DNA of 36,085 bases from Nanobdellota archaeon (GTDB taxonomy: Archaea; Nanobdellota; Nanobdellia; Pacearchaeales; UBA12030): NCBI GenBank assembly GCA_013331945.1, contig DUFK01000027.1:19687-55771 (forward strand), read 5' to 3'. Position numbers and translations under genes: made by a program. Every line of letters starts with the position of its first letter. Within the stretch, counting starts at the first letter, position 1. Positions 25,163 to 32,682 of the stretch are shown piece after piece. The notes below the pieces were generated by a model. That model worked only from the letters and a program-made list of their open reading frames with translations. It had not been told where the DNA came from and did not search any database.

Positions 25163-26205
25163 TTTAACTCCTTATAGATTTTAAAGATTTGAGAAGCTGT
25201 TTTACTCCATGCAAACTTTTTTGCCCTTATTAAACCTTTCTTTATAAGTCCGGCAGACAATCTCTTATCGTTTAGGCTTTCAAAAACTTCCCTTTCCATC
25301 TCATTCACCTCGTATGGATTTACGATAATAGCGGCATTACCGACAACTTCTGGAAGTGACGCCGCATTGGATGTGATCACAGGTAATCCACAAGCCATGG
25401 CCTCTAGTGGAGGAATGCCAAACCCTTCAAATAGCGATGGGAATAACAATACATCGGCCGCGTTATACGCAGCAACCATCTCTTTTTCAGAGATCTTATA
25501 CAGATTAATTACACCACCATGGTCAATCCTCCCTTTTCCTATCCTGAGAAGAATGATATGATCCATCCTCTGCCTCAGCCTCAGAAATGCTTTGAACACT
25601 CTTAAGGTATTTTTTCTCTTATCATTGACTTCCCCTATATGCAGTATAACTCTTGCTTTATTTGGAATACCAAAGAATTTTCTCGCTCGCGCTTTGTTCA
25701 TTTTCTTAAAATTATTGGATACCCCCAGATAAACAACCTTTATTTTTTTTGGGCGTATCTTTAGGCAATCAACTAAATCATTTTTTGTATGCTCCGAGTC
25801 AGAAACAATAAAATCTGCCTTTTTTAATCCAGAATACAAATATCGTCTGGAAAATTTTTCTATAATGTTTTTTGGATAGAGGTAAGGGTATATGTCATGG
25901 CATGTAACAACATTCTTTCCCCACCTCTTTTTCCCCCCAATCAAAAATGACAAGTTTTGGTTTGTGAAATGATAGATGTCATATTTCTTTATTAATTTTG
26001 AGGCTCTTTTTAAAAATATCAGTTTATTGCTGGCATTTACTCTTCCAATCTTCTTCCCATTCACTTCGACACACCTATCATCGTAATTGAGAAATATATA
26101 GTCTACATTGCATAACTTACTCAATCCACGATGCAGCATAAATGCATATTTTCCTGCCCCCCAGTATTCTGGGATATTATTTATCAGTGCGATTCTCATC
26201 CTCAT
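25159..26205 (-). CDS. GT4 (GT-B fold) glycosyltransferase
   Basis: [43 protein letters not shown]. Overlaps both neighbouring genes. Confidence 0.85.
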   Translation of the reverse strand: MRMRIALINNIPEYWGAGKYAFMLHRGLSKLCNVDYIFLNYDDRCVEVNGKKIGRVNASNKLIFLKRASKLIKKYDIYHFTNQNLSFLIGGKKRWGKNVVTCHDIYPYLYPKNIIEKFSRRYLYSGLKKADFIVSDSEHTKNDLVDCLKIRPKKIKVVYLGVSNNFKKMNKARARKFFGIPNKARVILHIGEVNDKRKNTLRVFKAFLRLRQRMDHIILLRIGKGRIDHGGVINLYKISEKEMVAAYNAADVLLFPSLFEGFGIPPLEAMACGLPVITSNAASLPEVVGNAAIIVNPYEVNEMEREVFESLNDKRLSAGLIKKGLIRAKKFAWSKTASQIFKIYKELK

Positions 26206-27004
26206 ACGCCCTCCTATAGCCCTTTGTTTTTTTAGATAAAGTTAGGATTATTTCAGGTAAATTTTTTATCACTTCCAGCATCATTCGTGAGCTGCTCATC
26301 TCGCCCAATTTTTTTCTTGTGCCTCTTTTAAGGATTTGCCTGAGCATGTACCCGAGATCGTAATCTTCCATATGGAGTATGGGATTTGGAGTGAAAGCTA
26401 CCTTATATCCTGCCTTGCATATTCTTTGCTTCAGGTCAAAATCCTCTCCTGCGGGCTTGTCAAAATACTCATCAAAACCCTTGAACTTGTGGAATATATC
26501 TGCTTTGTAGGACATATTGTTTGTGAATCCGACAGGTACTTCTTCTCTTCCTATTATTGTCTTGTTTCTCATCTTATGGAGGCTTTTATTCTTTATAATT
26601 TCCAATGCTGAAAAGATATTGTTTTTCGATGGCTGTAATGGCCCGCCGATTCCGACAATCTCTGGAAATCTTCTATAGGTGCTGATTATGTTGCCAATCC
26701 ATTTTCTTGGTGCGACACAATCTGCATCGGTGAACGCAAATATCACTCCCCGCGCATTCCTAGCCCCTAGATTCCTTGCTGCCGCAGGACCTTTCCTGCT
26801 CTGCTTCAGGATTTTAACGCTCTTTTTCCACTTTCTGCTTCTTATGGCCTCTAGGGTGCCGTCTGTTGAGCCATCGTCTACTACTACTATTTCGAGTTTT
26901 CCAACATAATTCTGGGATTCTACACTCTTTATACAATTGATTAAAGAGCGTTTACTATTGTATGTAGCAATTATTACACTTACGAATGGGAGTTTGCCTA
27001 TCAT
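26177..27004 (-). CDS. GT2 glycosyltransferase
   Basis: VSVIIATYNSKRSL, VVVDDGSTDGT, FAFTDADCV (DxD). Confidence 0.85.
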   Translation of the reverse strand: MIGKLPFVSVIIATYNSKRSLINCIKSVESQNYVGKLEIVVVDDGSTDGTLEAIRSRKWKKSVKILKQSRKGPAAARNLGARNARGVIFAFTDADCVAPRKWIGNIISTYRRFPEIVGIGGPLQPSKNNIFSALEIIKNKSLHKMRNKTIIGREEVPVGFTNNMSYKADIFHKFKGFDEYFDKPAGEDFDLKQRICKAGYKVAFTPNPILHMEDYDLGYMLRQILKRGTRKKLGEMSSSRMMLEVIKNLPEIILTLSKKTKGYRRAYEDENRTDK

Positions 27005-28050
27005 CTTCTCTTAGTGATGCGATTTACAGCTTTAATTATCTCATTCGGAGAAACATCTTTTACTCTATACTTTTTGTAATCAGTCCTAATCCCGGATAGC
27101 TCCTCGATCGACTGCCTAAATGCCTTGTACGTTTCACCATTTCTGACAACTACATGTCTCCCGCCATATGGGGCCGTTCTCCTATAGTCTGTTGATAGGA
27201 AGATTGCAATTGTTGGAACTTTCATCGCAACTGCAATATGCATCAATCCAGAGTCATTCGATATAAACAGCTTGCATTTTCCGATAATGGTTGCGACCCT
27301 TCTTATATCAATATTCTTGACAATCGTTATTTTATTTTTTGCCCTTTTATTCACTAATCCTCTTATCCCCTCAAGATTCTTCTCATCCGGTCCCAAAAAG
27401 ATTAAAATTCGCGAACCCCCATTTATCTCTGCAATCCATTCAGAAACTTTTGCAAAGCTTTCGAGAGGCCATCTTTTTTCTATCATGCCTCTTTCGACAC
27501 TTGTCCCGGGGTGAATTCCTATGATAGTTCTCTCTTTGAAATTCCTAATAAATTCATCAGCAAATATTTTTTCTTTTGTGCTTGGCCATAACTCAAGTGC
27601 ATGCCCACCTCCAGTGTTTATACCAAGAGGTTTTATCAAATTCAAATTCTGCTCAACATCATGAGCAATTTTGAGGGGAATTCTTACATTTTGGAGAGAA
27701 ACTAGATTACTCTCGTAGTTATGAGTTATTTTTGTTTTAGCTCCAATCAACCAAGCTAAGACGTTATAATGCGGCTGCGCGGCCGGAATGGTAGTTATGC
27801 TAATATCATACCTCTCTTTTCTAAGTCTTCTAATCAATCCCAGATTCTGTAATATCCCACCCTGGATTTTTTTATTTATGAGATAGATATTATCTAAGTA
27901 AGGACACCCCCCCATTATCTCTAAAGAGCTCTTTAACCCAACAAGCAAATCAACCCTGGCCTTTGGATAAGCTTCCCTTAGCTTCTGTAGCACTGGGACT
28001 GCAAGTAATGTATTTCCTATACCTGGAATGGCTATGATTATTATTTTCAT
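27001..28050 (-). CDS. GT9 family glycosyltransferase (LPS heptosyltransferase-like)
   Basis: MKIIIIAIPGIGNTLLAVPVLQKLREAYP, IHPGTSVERG, LFISNDSGLMHIAVAM. I prefer the ATG at 28050: AAGGGT precedes it, and it lies about 38 nt from the TATA-like box, the same spacing as at aglB. The ORF-track alternative is 28068. Confidence 0.75.
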   Translation of the reverse strand: MKIIIIAIPGIGNTLLAVPVLQKLREAYPKARVDLLVGLKSSLEIMGGCPYLDNIYLINKKIQGGILQNLGLIRRLRKERYDISITTIPAAQPHYNVLAWLIGAKTKITHNYESNLVSLQNVRIPLKIAHDVEQNLNLIKPLGINTGGGHALELWPSTKEKIFADEFIRNFKERTIIGIHPGTSVERGMIEKRWPLESFAKVSEWIAEINGGSRILIFLGPDEKNLEGIRGLVNKRAKNKITIVKNIDIRRVATIIGKCKLFISNDSGLMHIAVAMKVPTIAIFLSTDYRRTAPYGGRHVVVRNGETYKAFRQSIEELSGIRTDYKKYRVKDVSPNEIIKAVNRITKRR

Positions 28051-28080
28051 CTTACCCTTGCCAATCATTAGTGCAGAAAA

Positions 28081-28097
28081 AGACTTTTATAGCTTTC
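28081..28097 (-). promoter_or_regulatory. BRE/TATA-like box upstream of the GT9/GT2/GT4/methyltransferase sub-operon
   Basis: The minus strand reads GAAAGCTATAAAAGTCT, in the 30-bp gap between the Dpm1-like stop codon and the GT9 gene. Confidence 0.45.
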
Positions 28098-28098
28098 T

Positions 28099-29037
28099 TT
28101 AAACTCTTCTCTTAATCTCATACACCCTATCGCGGGCCTTTGTAGCAGCAATCATCTCCCCTATGAGACCTAGAGAGATCAGCTGTAATCCAAGAATCAA
28201 GAGCAACATGCTCAAAATCGCCGCGGGAGTGTGCCCTCCGATAGTGCCTGTAAGGAGCCAGATAGCAAAGAGCCATGCTCCGATGATAAATCCGAGAAGG
28301 AAGCTCAGAATTCCAAATCCTCCAAAGAAATGGAATGGCCTCTTTGCGAAACTCGAGAGAAACTTCACCGTCAACAAATCAAAAAATCCTTTCCACATCC
28401 TGCTTAACCCATATTTGCTCCTCCCATAGAGGCGCGGAGCATGCCTTATCTTTATTTCAGAAACTTTATAACCCTTTACGTACGCAAGTGCCGGGAGATA
28501 GCGATGCATCTCACCATACAACTCGAGGTTCTTCGCAACCTCTTTCCGTAGGGCCTTGAATCCGCAATTAGCATCATGTATCCTCAATCCTGTGATGAAT
28601 CCAGATAGGCTGTTGAAAATCCGCGAGGCAAGTCTCTTAGTCGTCCGGTCTTCTCGATAATACCTCCATCCTACGACGACATCTGCATTCTTTATTGCAG
28701 CTAGAAATTTCGGGATCTCTTCTGGAATATCCTGCAAATCCCCATCCATCAGTATCAGGATTTCTCCCTTCGCTTCATCAAATCCGGCCTGCATCGCAGC
28801 GCTCTTGCCGAAGTTCCGGCTGAAGCACAAGAGCTTTACATTCTTATCTTTCCTACGCAGCTTTTCAATCTCCCTCGCAGTGCCATCTCTTGAGCCATCA
28901 TCTATGAAAAGCACTTCATAGCCTCCATCTTTCTTCACCGCGCCACTCTCCACACCTTTAAGAATTGGGTAAAGCCTTTCAAAAAGCGGAGCTATGTTTC
29001 TCTCTTCATTATACACTGGAATGATTACGCTTATCAT
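28099..29037 (-). CDS. GT2 polyprenyl/dolichyl-phosphate glycosyltransferase (Dpm1/GtrB/ArnC type with two C-terminal TM helices)
   Basis: ISVIIPVYNEERNI, FIDDGSRDGT, LILMDGDLQD. C-terminal hydrophobic helices FHFFGGFGILSFLLGFIIGAWLFAIWLL and AAILSMLLLILGLQLISLGLIGEMIA. Confidence 0.85.
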   Translation of the reverse strand: MISVIIPVYNEERNIAPLFERLYPILKGVESGAVKKDGGYEVLFIDDGSRDGTAREIEKLRRKDKNVKLLCFSRNFGKSAAMQAGFDEAKGEILILMDGDLQDIPEEIPKFLAAIKNADVVVGWRYYREDRTTKRLASRIFNSLSGFITGLRIHDANCGFKALRKEVAKNLELYGEMHRYLPALAYVKGYKVSEIKIRHAPRLYGRSKYGLSRMWKGFFDLLTVKFLSSFAKRPFHFFGGFGILSFLLGFIIGAWLFAIWLLTGTIGGHTPAAILSMLLLILGLQLISLGLIGEMIAATKARDRVYEIKRRV

Positions 29038-29069
29038 TTGTCTCGCCCCACAGCCTTACTATTTAAGAA

Positions 29070-29549
29070 TCATAAACCTCTTTCGTAAACCACTGTTTTG
29101 ACCCCGGGAGGCCTTTTATCTGGATCTTCGTAAGCCTCTCTTAAAACAAAGCCGGTTTTCTGCATTATCCTCTCAACAGCTTTATTTCCTTCCCAGCTAT
29201 CCATGATTATTGTTTTGTATTGGTTATATCTCTCTTTCCCCTCCAGTATCAGAAAATCCAGTAGCGCAGATCCAATGCCATGCCCCTGATGTTCTGGAGA
29301 AACAGCATAAGTAGAGATCTCTACTTCCTTCTCCCTTGGTATAAGAGCACAACATCCAGCAACATTCCCCCCTTCATCGATTGCTAGTGCCCAAAGACCC
29401 GCTTTATATTTTGAATAAACTCTTTCTGCAATAGAGATAGCTCTAGAAGACAATGGTTTGATGAATGCTAAATCTATTTCAGGCCTACTGAGAAACCCAG
29501 TTAGTTTTTCTAAATCTCCCTCATTCGCGATAATATATGTCACTTTCAT
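29070..29549 (-). CDS. GNAT-family N-acetyltransferase
   Basis: Acetyl-CoA motif A HQGHGIGSALLDFL. 159 aa. ATGA overlap with the upstream epimerase gene. Confidence 0.8.
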   Translation of the reverse strand: MKVTYIIANEGDLEKLTGFLSRPEIDLAFIKPLSSRAISIAERVYSKYKAGLWALAIDEGGNVAGCCALIPREKEVEISTYAVSPEHQGHGIGSALLDFLILEGKERYNQYKTIIMDSWEGNKAVERIMQKTGFVLREAYEDPDKRPPGVKTVVYERGL

Positions 29550-30484
29550 TCTCCCAATCTCACTTTCAGAACATCTCTTACCCCATTAGAGATACTGTAT
29601 ATTGGCTTAAAGCCCAAAACCTTTATAGCCTTTTCCATATCTGCGGAGATATGCCTTACATCTCCCTTACGCGCAGCCTCAAATCTTGGCCCTGCGCCCC
29701 GCTCCGAGCCCTCTGCATCCTTGCCAAGCACATCACTTATAATCTCGTAAAGATCTAGAATGCTTGTGCTCTTGCCAGAACCTACATTGAAAACTCCGAT
29801 AAGCCCTTTCTTGAGCGCAAGAATATTTGCTCTTGCCACATCCCGCACATGCACAAAATCTCTTGTCTGTTTTCCATCCCCGAAGATTGTCACTTGCTTT
29901 CCCTGCTTAAGCGCAGAGATGAAATTTGGAACAACTGCCCCATATGCAGTATTCGAGGGCTGCCTCTTGCCATATACATTGAAATAGCGCAGACACACCG
30001 TTTCTATCCCATATAGCTGATTGAAAAGCTTGCAATACTGCTCTCCAATAAGTTTGCTTATCGCATAGGGAGATTTTGGATCCAGCTTGTCCTGTTCCCC
30101 GCATCTCTCCTTTTCACCATAAACAGCGCACGAAGAGGCAAAAATAACTTTCTTGATTCCAGAATCACGTGCAGCAAGCAAGACCTTGAGTGTGCCATCT
30201 ACATTTGCCTCATTCGTTTCCAGGGGATTCTCAACAGATTTTGCAACCTGGATGAGTGCAGCTTCGTGGAAAACTGCATCTGCATTCCTGAACTCTTTCT
30301 TCAGAAGCGAAAGGTTTCTTATGTCTCCCTTGACGAAACCGATCTTCTTCCACACATTTTTCAGATTCTCTTTTTTCCCTGCGGAAAGATTATCTATGAC
30401 TTTCACCTCTTCGCCCCGTGCGATGAGATCTTCAACAATATGTGAGCCAATAAATCCTGCTCCCCCAGTCACTATGGTCTTCAT
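29546..30484 (-). CDS. galE: UDP-hexose/UDP-HexNAc 4-epimerase (GalE/WbpP-like extended SDR)
   Basis: IVTGGAGFIGSHIVEDL, ASSCAVYG, SPYAISKLIGE (YxxxK), FGDGKQTRDFVHVRD. Confidence 0.7.
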   Translation of the reverse strand: MKTIVTGGAGFIGSHIVEDLIARGEEVKVIDNLSAGKKENLKNVWKKIGFVKGDIRNLSLLKKEFRNADAVFHEAALIQVAKSVENPLETNEANVDGTLKVLLAARDSGIKKVIFASSCAVYGEKERCGEQDKLDPKSPYAISKLIGEQYCKLFNQLYGIETVCLRYFNVYGKRQPSNTAYGAVVPNFISALKQGKQVTIFGDGKQTRDFVHVRDVARANILALKKGLIGVFNVGSGKSTSILDLYEIISDVLGKDAEGSERGAGPRFEAARKGDVRHISADMEKAIKVLGFKPIYSISNGVRDVLKVRLGE

Positions 30485-30517
30485 TTTTATCGTGAAAATT
30501 TAATTACAAAAATTTAG

Positions 30518-31504
30518 TCATGAGAATGCAATTGCAACTATAGCAAGAGCGATCTCTAAAGCCCAGATGGAGTAAACAACTTCTTTCTCATACGCCTTTC
30601 CTTTGATTTTCTTCAGTACAAAAATGCTCAAATGGGTCAGGCTGTAAATTCCTCTGTACTGCATATCCAGAGTGCCATCTTTATTCACTCGCGCAAAGCT
30701 CTCCTTCTTGAATTTGCCTCTGGCTTTCAGAAGAAATTCTATAAAGTATGGAAAGAATAGAATCAGAGCGGCCTTTTCTGCATTTCCTGTTATCGCAATT
30801 GCTGCAATGAGCGCACCGATTGAGTAAGTTAAGGTATCTCCTGGAAATACTTTCGCAGGATATTTGTTGAAAAAGAAAAATGCAAGTAATGCGAAGACTG
30901 CGATGCCGGCGATAACAGAGGCCCAGAACGCTCCAGCTTTCCATATGAGGAACGCAAGCGTCGATAGTATGATGATTGCATTTCCAGATTCGATACCATT
31001 CATTCCAGCAAGCATATTGAATGAGTTAGTCGCAAAAATTACCCCCAGAGGAACGATGAGCAAGGGGTAAAGTATTCCGAAATCAAATGTCCCGAACAAA
31101 GGGATGGTCATGTCAGATGTTCCCGCATTCAGCACAGCGAGTGGAATTGCAATCGGAATCGAAAGCAAGAACTTGTGGAACTGCTTTAGCCCGACTTTCC
31201 ATCCAAGGATGTCATCTATGAATCCGATAAATCCTGCAAGCAAGAAAGTTATCGTTATCCCAAGAATCTCTATGAGCTCTATGTTCACATTTATCACAAA
31301 AGTATTGATAAATATATAGAATAGAACACCCGCGAGAGTGGAAAATATTACGACAATGCCTCCGGCCTCTGCAACACTCTCTTTGGATTTCTTCTGGATA
31401 TCTTTTCCAGCAAGTCCAAGTGCTTTGGCCTTTCTGATCCAGATTGGAGTCATTATCCACGATGCCAGGAATGCAATCACGAATGAAACTAACGCTAGTG
31501 CCAT
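30518..31504 (-). CDS. aglH: UDP-GlcNAc:dolichyl-phosphate GlcNAc-1-phosphate transferase (Glycos_transf_4; MraY/WecA/Alg7 superfamily)
   Basis: Polytopic membrane protein with FIGFIDDILGWK and NSFNMLAGMNGIESG motifs. 328 aa. Located next to aglB. Confidence 0.8.
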   Translation of the reverse strand: MALALVSFVIAFLASWIMTPIWIRKAKALGLAGKDIQKKSKESVAEAGGIVVIFSTLAGVLFYIFINTFVINVNIELIEILGITITFLLAGFIGFIDDILGWKVGLKQFHKFLLSIPIAIPLAVLNAGTSDMTIPLFGTFDFGILYPLLIVPLGVIFATNSFNMLAGMNGIESGNAIIILSTLAFLIWKAGAFWASVIAGIAVFALLAFFFFNKYPAKVFPGDTLTYSIGALIAAIAITGNAEKAALILFFPYFIEFLLKARGKFKKESFARVNKDGTLDMQYRGIYSLTHLSIFVLKKIKGKAYEKEVVYSIWALEIALAIVAIAFS

Positions 31505-31515
31505 TTTCCCTATCC

Positions 31516-32649
31516 TTATAATGCCTTGAACAAGAATTTTGTTAATAAAGGTTGTGCCATGAGCAGCTTAAGGGCAAATGAGTTGCCAGAATACTCATCC
31601 CTGCTGTGTTCCTTCAGGAGCTTTTTCACACTCTCTTTGTTCATCATCTTAAGGAGTGCGTCGTAATCAGCATCAGAGAACCTATCAAGCGCCCTTCTTA
31701 TCTTTAGATGGATTCTCATCTCTCTCTTTAAGTTTCCGAGCTCTTTTTCATAGTTCCCACCATTGATTATCGCTCCTGCGAGAGCTTTTGCAGAATGGAG
31801 AGAAGGAATTATTCCCCCGAGTGTTGAGGCCTTGACAAATGTAGCAGCTTCTCCCACCAAGAAAATATTCCTGTCAGAGATATTCTGCTTTTTGCTGTAT
31901 AGCGATATTGGCCCGCCAGTGTGGCCAGAGACCTTTCCATGTATCCCCCTCTCCTTAAGAAATTCGCGGAACTTTTCCGATGTTCCTTCTTTGCACCCGA
32001 GCCCCACTTCAGCGAGCTCTGCATTTTTTGGAACAATCCATGCGAACAATTCGCGGTATTTTTCAGAAAAGAAGATGTCCATCCTCTCTGGATCGCTCTT
32101 GTATGCTATGTTTGCCTGAACGCAAGGGATGAATTCTCGCTCATTTCCGAGTCCTTTGGAAACTTTGCTGAAGAACCCATCTGCACCTATCAGGAAATCA
32201 GTCTTTATCTTTTCAATCTTGCCATGCCTTTCGATATGAACAATTATTTCCCCCCTTCCATTCCCCCCATTCCATTCCCGTTCGAATTTAATGAATTTGC
32301 TGTGCAGATTCAGTTTTGCACCCTCTTTTTCTGCGAGAGCAGATAGCCACTTATCAAATCTTTCCCGGTCGAGAACTAGATCGGGCTCTTTAAGTTCCAA
32401 TTCAAGCTTCTCATTCTCTGAGAATAGCCTTACCTTGCTTATCTTCCCCCCTATGATCTTGGTGAATTCCTCGCAAGAGAATATGGGATCTATATCACTG
32501 ATGGTCTTAGTTACGAGGCCGCTGCATTGCACAGGCTTCCCTACTTCACCGTGGTTCTCAAATATTTCAACATCGAACTGGCCTGTCTTCGCTAAGTTAT
32601 ATGCAGCAAAACTTCCGGCAGGCCCAGCACCGATAATACAGACTTTCAT
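31516..32649 (-). CDS. Geranylgeranyl reductase family flavoprotein (candidate polyprenol/dolichol reductase)
   Basis: FAD motif VCIIGAGPAGSFAAYNLA, VQCSGLV, LVGEAATFVKASTLGGI. 377 aa. Confidence 0.8.
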   Translation of the reverse strand: MKVCIIGAGPAGSFAAYNLAKTGQFDVEIFENHGEVGKPVQCSGLVTKTISDIDPIFSCEEFTKIIGGKISKVRLFSENEKLELELKEPDLVLDRERFDKWLSALAEKEGAKLNLHSKFIKFEREWNGGNGRGEIIVHIERHGKIEKIKTDFLIGADGFFSKVSKGLGNEREFIPCVQANIAYKSDPERMDIFFSEKYRELFAWIVPKNAELAEVGLGCKEGTSEKFREFLKERGIHGKVSGHTGGPISLYSKKQNISDRNIFLVGEAATFVKASTLGGIIPSLHSAKALAGAIINGGNYEKELGNLKREMRIHLKIRRALDRFSDADYDALLKMMNKESVKKLLKEHSRDEYSGNSFALKLLMAQPLLTKFLFKAL

Positions 32650-32682
32650 TTTATCGTGAGAATAGGAAATTATTGATTAGTA

